DNA of 64,000 nucleotides from Batkoa obscura (Eukaryota): NCBI GenBank assembly GCA_030770535.1, contig JASVEC010000019.1, positions 620,001 to 684,000 of the forward strand, read 5' to 3'. Shown piece by piece: positions 40,963 to 54,063 of this stretch (position 1 is its first letter; each line of letters starts with the position of its first letter). The notes under the pieces were generated by a model. It saw only the letters and a program-made list of their open reading frames with translations, ran no database searches and was not told where the DNA came from. The position numbers and the translations under genes were made by a program.

Positions 40963-41056
40963 AGAAATGTCTTTTTTGTATTAGAATTGGCTAATAATTT
41001 TTCCACTTAATAGTGTTAAAAAATAGGAAAATAAATGGAACCTAAAGAGACATCCC
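40963..41056 (-). mobile_element. ~98-bp MITE, degenerate
   Basis: Diverged reverse match. Confidence 0.7.
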
Positions 41057-41164
41057 GTATTAATAGTTTAATGTTTTAATAATGAACAGTAAAAGTATTT
41101 TAAGATTGAGAAATAGTAAATGTATTATATTGTGTAATTATCGATCTATTTTAATAAAGTTAAA

Positions 41165-41750
41165 ACTAGTCATCTAATGCTCATCCATCTCTAGACTGCT
41201 TGTAACAAGCTATCAAAACATTTATTTTGATTCAAAAACTTAACCATATCTTTAACAATATCTAAAGCAATCAAATGAATCCAACTCTGCTAATTTAATC
41301 GGATGGGTACTAGCAATATTGAATTTAACACTTGTTAATACTTGCTTCAACTGTCCACCTACTTTTTCATTATCTCTAGAGCCATAACAAATAATAATGC
41401 CATTTTTACTACTAAATTCTTTGTATAAGTGACTAATACTGTTTTACAGGAGCAGGGTAACTTCAATTATATTGAGATATAAGAAAGATAAAATAATCAT
41501 AAGATTATTTCTTGATTCCAGAAAATGATTTTCTGATTTTCATAAATGCCATCTTTAGGTATATAGATTTTATTAAACGTAGGGATATCCCAGAGTTTTA
41601 AAGCAATAAGGTAGCTAACTACCTTGAATTTTACTTGCTAAGAATTGGGCTAATTTAAGTCCAACTCGTTTTTCTCGAATACTACCTACTGTAGTACCAA
41701 CTTTTACTTTTCTAATGGCATGATATCCGATTGTTTTAATAGAGCTAAAG
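41165..41750 (-). pseudogene. Possible relic of a zinc-binding (MDR) dehydrogenase gene
   Basis: Broken frames give TIGYHAIRKVKVGTTVGVF / VGLKLAQFL, resembling the MDR TGYHA..V..G..V.VFG.GGVGL region; many stops and frameshifts. Confidence 0.35.
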
Positions 41751-42196
41751 TAAGCTTATTAAATATCTCAAATTTATAAATAGGAGAGTGGATTAAAATA
41801 AAAGGATAAAGTTAAAAAGATGAAAAAAAAGGTAATCTATACTAAATTTCAACAAGTGGGGGTATTCAATTACTTTCATAACAATAAAGGTTTGGGTTTT
41901 AAAATAACACAAATGTAAAAAGCTTGTAATTCATCTCTTATTTTTAGTTAATGTAAACGTTCCTATTTTTAGATCTGAAACAAACATTTAATATTTTTGA
42001 TTACATTTTATTTTAAATCAATCAAAGCTGTGATTTAATTTTTGCACATATTGCAAAAATTAATTTTGTTCTTTTGTTTAAATCATATTAGTTAATAACC
42101 TAACTATACATTTATTTTTTATCTATATCAAACCACTTTTATTTGACTATTTCTTCTCCTCGATTAGTGACCTCATCTTTTATTTATTTATTTCGC

Positions 42197-43573
42197 ATGC
42201 TAACCGTTGAAATCATCATCCCCTTACTAAATCATTTTACAATAGGTGAATTAATCCGCTTACGATGCATCAACAAAAGATGGAATAAACTAATATTAAT
42301 TCATTTATTCAATAACATCAATTACAAATTATATACTAAATTTCATCTTAAGACTCAATTACAGTATAAAAAATACATTCAATATGTTTGTTATGATAAA
42401 GAGATTGAAAAGATCAAAGATGTTGAAGAGGATCAAGATCAATTTTTTAAATATAAGAAGAAGGATACGGTCAAAAATAATATTCATGGATTAATATTGG
42501 TATTAATAAATGACAATCCAACGACACGAACTATAGAATGGGATTATACAAGCTTTAATAATTTGAAAATATTAAGTTTAAGTTGTAAAAATATTAATTT
42601 CAATTTTAAAGGATTGAAAGAATTGCACTATTTAACTACAGTTCAACTTAATGTTTTATCCGATAATGAAGAGGATACATTGAGTTTATTAAACTATTTA
42701 AATTTAGATAATATTCTTTCATTTTCCTACTTTGGTAAAGCTAATTTTAAGCTATTATTATTTATTAATACCTATTTGATTCATTTAAATCGTTTAATAT
42801 TGGAAAATCATCATCAAAATAATACTAATAAACAACAATCACTTTCGTTTGATTTGAGACAAATTCAATATTTTAAAGCTCATTTTTATAAGCAAAGTGA
42901 TATTAAAGTACTCAATTTAATCAATGGTAGCAAATTAAAGAAGTTGCAATTATATGGTAGGATTCAATATAAATTTGGTAGTTTAATTAACTTATTGAGT
43001 ATATCATTACAAAATAATTTACTGAATAATACTCAATTAATATCGCTAACCCAATTAACTAATTTAGATATTAATTTTAAAAATGTGACTGCAACTACAC
43101 TTAATTTCAATAGTATTAATCAATTGATCAACGGTAATTTTAGTACACTGAGAATATTGAAGTTAATTAATATTAATCATATACATTTAAATTGTTCTTT
43201 TAATAAATTACATCAGTTAAATGAGTTACATATTCAATATAACGGGGCTATCAACAATAGCTTAATTCAATTTATAAACCTCGCCTGTTCTTCTATCCTT
43301 ACACTATATCTTACTCTTATCCCAACTCGACAAACTAATTCTATTGTACAAAATCAAAGTACTGAACATACAAATAATCTACTATTGAAAATTAAGCTCC
43401 CACAGCTATTGTATTTGGAGTTTAACTATCCCTTTTTTAATACAATGAAATTGAAAACATTCTTTGAGAAGTTTCCTAAATTAATAAGATTTCATTCAAA
43501 TTTTTTAAAATTGATGGAGTTTATAACGGAGTTTGATAAGCAAATTAAGATTGGGAAATCGATGTTGAAATGA
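42197..43573 (+). CDS. F-box protein with LRR-like repeats, intronless
   Basis: MLTVEIIIPLLNHFTIGELIRLRCINKRWN F-box; repeated LKILSL/LTNLDI-type motifs. Confidence 0.8.
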   Translation: MLTVEIIIPLLNHFTIGELIRLRCINKRWNKLILIHLFNNINYKLYTKFHLKTQLQYKKYIQYVCYDKEIEKIKDVEEDQDQFFKYKKKDTVKNNIHGLILVLINDNPTTRTIEWDYTSFNNLKILSLSCKNINFNFKGLKELHYLTTVQLNVLSDNEEDTLSLLNYLNLDNILSFSYFGKANFKLLLFINTYLIHLNRLILENHHQNNTNKQQSLSFDLRQIQYFKAHFYKQSDIKVLNLINGSKLKKLQLYGRIQYKFGSLINLLSISLQNNLLNNTQLISLTQLTNLDINFKNVTATTLNFNSINQLINGNFSTLRILKLININHIHLNCSFNKLHQLNELHIQYNGAINNSLIQFINLACSSILTLYLTLIPTRQTNSIVQNQSTEHTNNLLLKIKLPQLLYLEFNYPFFNTMKLKTFFEKFPKLIRFHSNFLKLMEFITEFDKQIKIGKSMLK

Positions 43574-44028
43574 GAGTTACGATAGGTAGGGGTTCTAATG
43601 GGTTGGAAAATATTACTCCTACCTCCTAGCTTTCCTTTCAACAAAAAAATTTGTCAGATCCTACTGCTATCTTTTAATTAATTCGATTTTCTTCTCAAGA
43701 AAATGCTTTTCAATTAGGCGAAGATGTTGAATTTTGATTCTATATAAAGTATGGAAAAAGTCCTTTCTTTAAACTAATAATACAATTCTTCCTAATTCCT
43801 TTTGAATCCATCTATTCATGGTCCTTTGTATTCCTTTAATTCTTTTTTGATTTTGTTAATTTTTATTTTGAATAAAACATTTAAACTGCTTATAAGAATA
43901 TTCTGAAATTTGATTGAGTTTATTTTTTGAATCCAAAATCCCATGAAGATTGACAAATTAAAAAATAGAAATAAAATCTTTAAACTTCATTTTTTAATTC
44001 CAAATTCAACTTATAAAAATAAAACAAA

Positions 44029-44307
44029 ATGTCCAGTTCATCATCAAATTCCACATCTGAACAACAAAAAGCAGATATTAAAAGTCAATTTGATTATGAT
44101 GTACTAATTGAAAAACCAATGAGAACATTACCTAAAAAGATGCCAAAGAGTCACCGTTGCAATGATCATATGGAAGATATATTTCAAGGTTTATTTCATG
44201 AACCAAGAGAAGTTTATGAACCTTTAAAAGTTTGGTTAAAATGTGTTCAATCAAAAGAAGGTGAAGAACCAGAGAGATTTCTATTAAAAAATGGTAGAAA
44301 TTTCTAA
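44029..44307 (+). CDS. Small hypothetical protein (92 aa)
   Basis: ATG in A-rich context (AAAATG), plausible composition; no family recognised. Confidence 0.55.
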   Translation: MSSSSSNSTSEQQKADIKSQFDYDVLIEKPMRTLPKKMPKSHRCNDHMEDIFQGLFHEPREVYEPLKVWLKCVQSKEGEEPERFLLKNGRNF

Positions 44308-44444
44308 AGCTATTATGATATAGAGATTGAAAGAAGATTTAACAAGAATAACAAAAATTTTAAAATAAAGATACATAATTTACTTTTTTTCAAAAAGTTT
44401 CATTCAAATCTATCTTGTTATTTTATTATTTCTATAATTAGCAT

Positions 44445-45604
44445 TTAAAAGTTAATTTGATCCCTATTACCGTGAATAAAAGAACGAGTATTTTTAGTAC
44501 CAAAAATCCCATTTAACTTAAGTTCATCCCATTTAGAAAATAAAATTGTTATATTAATCTTATTACTTAATGAATCTAATTGAATATTATCAATTAACTC
44601 ATTATAATAGTTACAATAATCAGGTAAAGAATAAAATATAATTTCATTTATATCTTGGATTTTATATCTAATAAAAATTAATATTAATATATTATTTGTA
44701 CTATAGAATAAAACAAAAAGTTCCGATTTTTTACCTTCTATAGAAATGACATCTTTCTGTATATAAAATCAAATTAATTTTACCAATCTTCAACCAATTT
44801 CTATATTTAGATACTTCTTTAATACTGGAGTATTCAGATATAGTACCAAATTCAAAATTTAACAATTTCAAATAATTTTTAACTTTAACAAAATCAAAAT
44901 AATTATTGATAAATAACATGACTTTTTTTTCGAATTGTAACTTTTGATTCAATTGAGGTAATATATTATTTTTAAAATACTCAAATCTTAACTCATCTTG
45001 TTGAGTTAATTGGCCATTAGATAAAATTCGAAATAATTTATGAGAAACTGGATTTTCAATCTTTAGATATTGACCTTCTAATACCGGTTCAAAATATTGA
45101 ATTTTACCTAAATAATAAAATTAATTATTAATACTTTAATTACTTTTAATTAAATTGCTATTCTTTCTTACCTTCTACATTTTTACTATATTTATGAAAT
45201 AAAGCTTGAATTTCTGGGGTAATTATTTGAGATAAAGTAATCATTTGACAATTGAATTCAGCTTGTTGATTTAAATAATGGGATTTAACTCTAGAAAAAT
45301 CTACATCTCTAGCTTCAGTTGGTACTTGATTTAATTTCGAAAATAAGTGGTGTAAATGCTCACTGTTTTGCATACAAAGATGATCTAATTGATCTAATAT
45401 TACAATTTCGATACTTGATAAAAAATCATATTCCTTTTGTTCTGTACCTAAGCGTAAAGCTAAAGGGGATGCAAGAATGATATCCGATTGATAAAAAGAA
45501 GTATATAGTTTTAGTGTTTTTCTTGTTAATTTAATACCTAGTTTAAAATAATCTTCTGTATTACCACTAAAAATCTGTCGATGATCCTCTAATTTAAATA
45601 AAAG

Positions 45605-45652
<48 letters not shown>

Positions 45653-47228
45653 ACAATAGATTACCAGGTAATTTCGTGTTATTTTTAACTGGATCAATAG
45701 TACCTTTAGGTAACTGGTATTCATTTAAAAATTTAGCTTTGTTTTGAATTTGATCACAGCCACTTAAATCACATAATTTATTAACAATATCTAATGCTAC
45801 TGATTTAAAAGGTACTAATATCAATACTTTAGCACGTGTAAATCCACTATCTTTAATATTTCTATAAAAATATTAATCTTAATTTAAGCTTTAACTAATA
45901 TTAGTTAATTTACTCTATTTCTTTGTTTTGTGATTTAGCTTTGGCAATTTTAAAATTATTTTTTAAAATTGTATCTCTTACTCTATAATAGTTAATAATT
46001 AAATATCATAAATAAAATAATAAAGGTAAGTATAAATTACTTAAAAATATGATTTAAAGCATGTAACATATAAGCATTCCTTATTTCATTTGTTTTGTTT
46101 AAATTTAAGATGGGATAAAATAAATCATAATAATTATTAAGTAATGAAAATATTTCTTTTTGTGAGTCATTAAGTTCTTTATCTTCTATTAAAAATAAAA
46201 AAATATTATTATAAATAAATAATAATAATAATAAATATTTACCACCATTCTTTAAATTTAATTTCTCAAAAGGTTCAATCAATCTATTTTTAATAAAATA
46301 GTCCTTTAATTCCCATTTCATTTGACTCTCAATACTCTCTTGATTATAGTTTTCTTCTGTTGTTGCCAAATTAACCCAATACTGATGTTCTTGTTTTTTA
46401 ACTACCAAATTATTATAACTTTTATTCTTAATCTTCTCTATTTTCTTATTCATTTCTTCTTCGTTATAATGACTTTCACCATACTTTTTAACGTGCATAT
46501 CTTCTTTTTCTTCTTCTATTTGAATTTAGTTTAATTTGAATTTATTTGAATTTTTACCAGTTACCTTCTGAGTCTATATCTGATCCCTCTTCTTCTATTT
46601 CTTCATTATCATTCTCTTCATCTACAACATCATCCCCTTTATTCCCGCCTTTGATTTTATTTTCATGTTCAATCTCACCATCAATATTTTCTTCTTCTTC
46701 TTCGATCTCTTCCTCCTCCTGTTCTTCCTCCTCCGTCTTCTTCACTACTGCTTTTTCCTTTTTCCTTCCGCCAATCAAACCTAACAGTTGGCTCATTTTA
46801 TTTTTACTTGATTTACCATTCCCTTTTTTAGTAAAATTTTTCCCCAACTCGATCATTCCTTTAGTAATCGTATTTCCTAATAACTGCAAGCTAGTTTCTT
46901 CACTAGCGCCTCCATTCCCTTCCTCTTCTTGAACAATTAAATTTCCTTGGGCATCAAAATTATAACTATTTCCCCAAGTTTCTTCGTCGTTATCATCTTC
47001 AGGGATTGACTTTCCGAATTTCGATTTTGATTTTGATTTTGATTTTGCAGTAGTTGATGAATTATGAATCTCTTTTTCTAAGGACTCAAGCTCTCGTTTA
47101 GTTAATATTAGCGGTGTATCAGTTTCCTTTTTCTTTTTAATAATCTTTGGTTTAATTTGTCCTTTAGCACCTAAAATACTCTCCGCTATCTCTTGTTGTT
47201 TACGCTTTTGTTGGTTTTTTTTACCCAT
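44445..47228 (-). CDS. UTP25: U3 snoRNA-associated protein 25, multi-exon
   Basis: [83 protein letters not shown]. Confidence 0.93.
45607..45650. repeat. (TTA)n microsatellite in a UTP25 intron
   Basis: About 14 perfect units. Confidence 0.9.
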
Positions 47229-48289
47229 TGGTTTGGTTGAATGTTGAAGAAATGGAAATTTGGAAGACTTGGAATTGAAATGTATTTTGGAGATTTTATT
47301 TTTGTTAAATGGTGAATTAACCAATTAAATCCGAGATAGAAATTTGATAGGAAAAATGAAAGTTGGGAATGAGATAGAAAGAAAGCTATATAATAAGGTT
47401 ATGAAATTTAGGTGAATATAGGATTTAATGAAATTTTAAATGAAGAATATTGGGGGTTTAATATAATTTTAGTTTTTTAATATAAAGTGGATCGATTTTT
47501 TGTACTAAAAATGGCAGATAAATTAATAAAATTTCAATAATAAGGAAGCTTCTAAAGCATAAAAATAGAATAGTACTTCGGTATTTTTTTCTTTTTTATT
47601 GATTATAAACAAAGATATAAAATGCGTATTTATGTACTATAAATAGCCATATTTAATTAGCAAAGCTACCAAAATAGTTCGATTGTTGATTGATATTACT
47701 CCTCTATCAATCTATGAGAACTGAAGAAGTTGAACAATTATTAGTTAAGTTCTTAAATAAGACATACTTATACACTAAGCATGGTACATTAATAAGCCAT
47801 TAAAAACTTCCCATTTCGATGAATACAAAAATATAGTTCAATTTTTAATTTTAAATATAAAGATCATCAATTTCAAAAGCCTTATAGTTAGATACAAACT
47901 CTAAACTTAAGTTCAATTTATTTTTTATTTTAAATAGTGTTACAATATAAAACCTAATGACAGAAGGAGGTAATCATAAAAATAAACCTATGTTACTCAT
48001 AAGTAAATTAAAATCAAATTTATATATTAAATTCTAACAATCATCACCACTAAATCAATATTGATTATTTGAATTTATTTAATTCTCAGGTTCAGGCATT
48101 AGTTGTCCTTGGTTAAGAGAATTATAGTACCTGATTATGTAGTTAATCTGTTTGATCTCCAAAACTAAGCTTTGATTGTATTTGATTACTTACGTTATCA
48201 TCATTGAAGTTACTTCTAGCATTAGAAGCAAAGTGACTTCCAAAACCTTTTTATGCTTCAGCACCTACATTCCTATCAAAATTATTACA

Positions 48290-48457
48290 CTAGATACTTT
48301 GTTCTATTTGGTTTCCAAAACCAAGTTTCAAGTATAGTTGAGTTTGACCAGCGCGTCTAACGTCTTGAACTTGTCTTTTAATAGGAACTTTTTCACTAAT
48401 TAGTACGCTTGAAGCAAAAAATGATGAAAAAGAAATATAGATAAAAGATGTTTTCAT
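48290..48457 (-). pseudogene. Secreted-peptide family member 1 (55 codons to a probably premature TAG)
   Basis: MKTSFIYISFSSFFASSVLISEKVPIKRQVQDVRRAG..GNQIEQSI*; similarity to 56463-56771 continues past the stop. Confidence 0.6.
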
Positions 48458-48716
48458 TGTTTGTTTTTTAATATTGAAGTTGGTTTTTTATATTTAAAGG
48501 ATTAAAAGTGGTTTCTTTATATACTTTTTTATAAAGTATTCATACACTGTTACATAGTAAATTAATAGTGCTCAAAACTAATTTAATGTCATACTTAAAT
48601 GATCAAAGTTATCAAATAAAAATACCTTTTATTCATAGATATCATGAGTAAAATATCTCTTTTTTATTACATAGAAGATAGATAAATGAACAAAGGTAAA
48701 AAAGACGTCAGTATAT

Positions 48717-48918
48717 GGGGGTGTTTTTTTGGCTTCATTACTTTTTCCATCTTTTAAGCATTATTTGAGTGAAAAGATTATTGGTAGAATTCTCAAATAC
48801 AAAAATTCGCCCCAATATAGAGGTGTTTTTATTTCAACACTCTTTCCATTTTTTAAGCGCTATTTATATTGAGCAGAAAGGCTATCAGTAAAATTCTTAA
48901 ACAGGGAAATACATTTAC
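48717..48918 (+). mobile_element. Two tandem MITE copies (~48717-48814 and ~48819-48918)
   Basis: Two consecutive matches sharing an ATAT junction. Confidence 0.8.
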
Positions 48919-49394
48919 AATGTCCTTTTGGTGTGTAGTAGTATGCTGTTACATAACTGTTTAAAACGAATAAAAGTGATATAATATTAGTTTAATCAGT
49001 CAGTATAACTGTGAATAAAGAAATCACTTTAAAAGAAATAGTTAAAAATAATTACAGCCCATTTTAAGTATATTACATCTTTTATGATCATTTCCTTTAA
49101 AAGCTGCTATTGAAAATTCAAACAATCACTTAAAATAAATACAACTATATCTTATTAACCAAAGTGATCAATTGTCAAAGAAAAATTTAATTTCTAATAG
49201 TTTTTCATTTTATTAAAGATAAAAATACACAGGGTAATAATAAAAATAAAATGGATCTTTAATATTTATAGAATTTTAGAAAGGATAATCAATTTATATA
49301 GAGTTCATTGTCTATCATTACTATCACTCTATCTTTATTTTGTTTTAAGTTATATAAAATCTGAATCTAAATACCATAGCTAAACCATCGCTTT

Positions 49395-49571
49395 TCAAAC
49401 TTTTATTAAAAGGGGTTCTTTTAGATTTAAAATATCTCTTAGCAATTGGTCTTCTGATTCAATATTACGTCTAATGTTTAAAACTTGTGTGTCAATAGGA
49501 GAGTTTCCAGCTATTGGTATACTTAATGTCAAACTTAATAATGAGGAGATAAGGACAAGAGATGCTTTCAT
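49395..49571 (-). CDS. Secreted-peptide family member 2 (58 aa; below ORF-track cut-off)
   Basis: MKASLVLISSLLSLTLS-IPIAGNSPIDTQVLNIRR-NIESEDQLLRDILNLKEPLLIKV*; family TATA and TGTAAC motifs upstream. Confidence 0.7.
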   Translation of the reverse strand: MKASLVLISSLLSLTLSIPIAGNSPIDTQVLNIRRNIESEDQLLRDILNLKEPLLIKV

Positions 49572-50511
49572 TTTGTTTACTACTTTTAATACTAATATTT
49601 ATTTATTTGTGTTTTTGTAAATAATAATTGATGCCTTTTATATACTTTTTTAAAATAAAAGTTACAACTTGTTACATTTAAATGAAAGATAATTTTTATA
49701 GCTATTTTTAATCAATTTATTTAACATTGTTATATATGCAATTAAAAAATAAAAGTAAACGAAAATGATCTAATATTTTACCCCAACTAGTTAGCGTAAT
49801 TCTAAGAAATATCTTAAAGACAATTATCTTTTTTTGATTCAAGGATTAAGTGATGAGGATACAGAATTATAAAGCAGCTATAGTTGTTGATTTTCTTGGT
49901 ATACGCTAAAAACATATACCCATTATTTTTATCAAATAAGAGAGAGATCGATAAGTATAACTGTATTAGACTATTTTTGTTCAAAACTAAATTGTTTTTA
50001 AATATAAAAATAGTTAACTATTGTAACTAATAGCTTATTTATTTCTTACTAGCGCAATATAAAACCACAATAAAAACGCAATTATTGATAGTAAATCCAG
50101 TCTTGCAACTTTAAAAGTTTCCAGTCATAGATGCAGCCATAGTTGTATATATTCACAAAGATATCTAAATAAAGGAAATCTAATGTAACTATTGTAACTC
50201 ATTTATGGTAAATTAACCAATCAGAGGCCAATAAGGTAAGATTTAGTAACACTGATCTGTTTTAGTCTAACAAATAAAATCCATTTTTTAGTCAGAATAG
50301 TTAAGTTAGAGTTTAGTAATTTTTTGTAGCTATGTTAGTAAACCAGTACTTGTTTTTCACATAAATTAGTTATTGCCAAGATAAGGCTCTATAGTTAATT
50401 AGAACAACTTTATTTGAACTAACTTATCTAAATATTTTATTTAGGAGTAGTTTTTTAAAAGCACCTATTAAACTTTTTACTGTAGCTTTTTGAACTTTTT
50501 TAAAAGAAATT

Positions 50512-50680
50512 AGGGAATATTCAAATCAGTTTTATTTTTTTACTCAATTTTTAAATATTTTGTATTTCAAAAACCTCTTAAGATTTATAAAAATAAATTT
50601 TTTATCAAAAAGCAAAATACTTAATAACTTTAAATTATTTTGTTATAATATGTATTATAAACTAGCAGAATTTTTATTAA
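50512..50680. mobile_element. Degenerate Sola2 terminal fragment
   Basis: Colinear similarity to 24654-24830. Confidence 0.55.
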
Positions 50681-50790
50681 GTTTGGTAAAAGTTGCTATA
50701 TCAGCAAAAACTTTACCAATGCGATTCATATATTATAACTTTACTTAATATCAGTACATCACTTTAGTAAAGTTTTTGCTTGATTAACTA

Positions 50791-51199
50791 ACTGTAAGTC
50801 GAAAGGTCTTGGTTTATATAACTAAGGTAGACTTGAAGCATCAAGGATGCAGACGTAATAGGCTACGAATTATGTAACACAAATAGAATAGACAATACTG
50901 CTGTAAAATCTACGTAAAATACTATCGGAAAGATTTAATGGCTTTATTGAAGGTACAATATCAGGGACTAATTCAATTAGAAAGTCTTGAGTTGTTATTT
51001 TTTAGGATTCCTTTTATACTCCAAGAAGTATGAATACTAAAACGGAGAGATAATGTCCTCCAGAATTACATGACAGAAATTCTCATAGCAAATCAAAATA
51101 AAAGGTCCGGAATTGATTGTGCCTGAACTCGAGAACACAACGACTTGAGTGATTATCATGTTATAATCAATCATGGAGCTGACAAAGCGATATATTACA
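50791..51199 (-). mobile_element. Diverged TG..CA element, copy D (one end truncated)
   Basis: Colinear with copies B and C, ends CTGACAAAGCGATATATTACA; carries both segments that are deleted separately in B and C. Confidence 0.8.
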
Positions 51200-51514
51200 G
51201 CATTTTATGATAAATGATATGAAATTATTAAGTGTTTTTGCTCTTTAATAAGAAACTTATATAGAATTTTAAAAAAATAGTTAGTATTATATATATAATT
51301 AAGATTTTATATACTTTTTTAATAAATAGCTGCATATTAATAAATGTGATTTAGAATATAACTAACAAAAACAGTATGACATGATAATTTAGTGATAACA
51401 TAATAAAAATAATAAAATACTTTAAACTAAAGTTAATTTTAATACATTTTAAATATTTTTTATTTTTTATAAATCTCTAAAAAACTAAATTAAATTAGAT
51501 CTCAAATTATATAT

Positions 51515-51602
51515 GGGTTTTTTATTCTTACTTTTTCTATTTTTTAAGCGCTATTTGAGTGAAAAAATTATTAGTAAAATTCTTACACAAAAATATATCC
51601 CC
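51515..51602 (+). mobile_element. MITE, slightly deleted
   Basis: ATAT flanks, family core. Confidence 0.8.
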
Positions 51603-52742
51603 ATATATATAAAATCTAGTTTGATCAATTAATTTAGCAAAATAAAATAGTTTTTGATATCAATTTTTGAAAACTGTTATGATTTGCTAACTATTTTTTA
51701 AATATTTTATTAATAAATATAAATAATTATAAACACAAAGCAAAAATAAGTTATAAAGTTATTATTTTTTTATCCTTTCATTTGCAAAATTTTTAATAAC
51801 TCATTAACAAAATCCATTAACATTAATAAAAATTATAAGTAAAACTATAAAATAAATATATAAATTACAAATAATCAAATAATTAAAAATAGCTATAAAT
51901 TATTTATTAAAGCCCTGAAAAGTTCAAACTTGATAAACTTATTTTCATTTTTATTATTTTTGTTTTATTTGATTTTTACTACCAGCTATTAATGATATCA
52001 TTAAGCTATATTTCAATAGTAACTTTTTAATTTATTTATTAGCAGAAGTTAATTTATTAAGTAAAATAGTCAAAATAAAAGCTAACAAAAAGAAGATATA
52101 GACAAACAGTAACTTTATTATTTATGCTTTTGAAATAGTGAATTTAATTTATTATATATCTTAAGATTAAATTCAATACTTTAGTATATCTTTTTAATAA
52201 GCTGCTGTATACTATTATATCTAGATAATCAATGCTTCTATCAGTTTACAAATATGATTATATAGTTATACATTAATTCAAAATAAAATTAATGTTTAAT
52301 AGCTACTGTAGTATAATTCTTTTTTAAAAGAACAAATTAAAGCAACTATAGCTTATTTTAAATAAACTATGATTACAGCTGTTATAGCTCTTTTGAAATC
52401 TGATTTATGATAATTTTTATAAGCAAATTATCCATGTGTCAATTTTACACATTAAACTGTATTTAATATTCATTAAAAGTTTTTCTATGGAGTTTTTAAA
52501 GGATTTATATCTCAAGTAATCTATAAAAAAATACATATCAAAATAAAGCAGAGTCATACTACAAGGCCCCCCTTTTTTCTTTTTTTATTTACAAATAGTT
52601 TAATATGGTTGCTAAAAATATTGGTTTTAAAATTAGAAGCAATTTTACAAAAACAAAAATTAGTCTCAACTTATTTTTATTTTGAAACATAGATATAAAT
52701 TACAATATATTCAGAGGGTTAAAAAGTAACTAAATATTTATA

Positions 52743-52922
52743 TTATGGGATCTCATCCAATAAGCCTCCTTTTCTACCTCCAGTCAATAGTGATGCCTGT
52801 TGAGCTACGTTTCCAGTAGCAGCTTCTCGAACTTGATTTTCGTCTTCAGAAACTTATTCATCAATTGAAATGCCTAAAGTAAAAGTTAGTAGGAGATGAC
52901 ACAAACAATATACCTTTGCTAT
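52743..52922 (-). pseudogene. Secreted-peptide family member 3; pseudogene duplicate of 53857-54063
   Basis: Start position reads ATA; CAA>TAA at 52854-52856; VSEDENQVREAATGNVAQQ..RKGGLLDEIP*; flanks duplicated with member 4. Confidence 0.85.
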
Positions 52923-53590
52923 TTTTACTTTTTTAGTATTAAATTCAAGCTTTTTATATCTCTGAAAGGTAAAGTTGATATTTTTACACTTTTTTGAGTT
53001 ATCTAACTATGCCAAGATAGTCAGTTATCAATACCTTTAAATGAAAGCCACATAAGTACACACCGATTTAAATAGAAGTAATACGAATGATCTGAAGTTT
53101 ACTTAAATAGTTAGTGTGACTATAAGCATAAAATTTTTTGAAAGGGATGAACTAAAGCTGGCTTTAACACATTTAAACAATTTATTGTTTTAGTGTTACT
53201 TAAAATTTGGTTTTAGAGTTGTTAAAGTTCAATTATATAATACTAGCTGTGTTCATTTATGAATAGAATTTTAAATCTAAATTTTGTCAAAGCCAAAGAT
53301 TAAGCTTTAAAGTAAGCACTAAATAATAGCCAAATAGTTTCTGCGAGAATATGGATGTTTAAATTTAAACAGCTGTGATTGATCTAGTTCAGGGTTACGT
53401 TTGATTTTATGTAATTTTATAAATTTAAAATTAACATTCAACTTGATATGGCAAAGTTAACTCAAGCACCCATTTTCAAAAAAGAGTTGTGTTACTATCC
53501 GTTAACTTTTTTTCTAAAATTTATGAAAGGATTTAGACCTCAAGTGGTTTTTCAAATAAACAAAGTAGAATTGTTACAAAACTACCATTT

Positions 53591-53689
53591 GGGAGTGTTT
53601 TTTTTGACTTCATTGTTTTTTCCATTTTTCAAGCGCTATTTAAGCGGAAAATTTGTTGGTAAAATTCTTAAACACAAAAATACATCCCC
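53591..53689 (+). mobile_element. ~98-bp MITE
   Basis: ATTT TSD both sides. Confidence 0.9.
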
Positions 53690-53856
53690 ATTTATTCCTT
53701 TTTTATTTGCAAACTATTCAATATAGTCAAAAAGTTTAATATAAAGAAATTAGAAATAATTTTACAAAATAAAGATTAGTTTCAGTTTATTTTTATTTTA
53801 AGCACAAAATATATTCCAGTATCGTTGAAAGGTTAAAATAGCCATAGATTTAATAT

Positions 53857-54063
53857 TCATAAGATTCCTGGTATAAGTGTACCACCTAATAGACCTTCTT
53901 TTTTACCTCTTTTTCTATCTCCAACCAACGGTGGTACCTGCTGAGCTACGTTTCCAGTAGCAGCTTTTTGAACTTGATTTTCATCTGCAGAAACTTGCTC
54001 ACCAACTGGAACACTTAAAGTAAAGGTTAGTAAAGAGAGAACATAGACAAAAGATGTTTTCAT
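53857..54063 (-). CDS. Secreted-peptide family member 4 (68-aa pre-pro-peptide)
   Basis: Signal MKTSFVYVLSLLTFTLS, acidic/Gln pro-region, RKR and KK sites, hydrophobic C-terminal peptide EGLLGGTLIPGIL. Confidence 0.85.
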   Translation of the reverse strand: MKTSFVYVLSLLTFTLSVPVGEQVSADENQVQKAATGNVAQQVPPLVGDRKRGKKEGLLGGTLIPGIL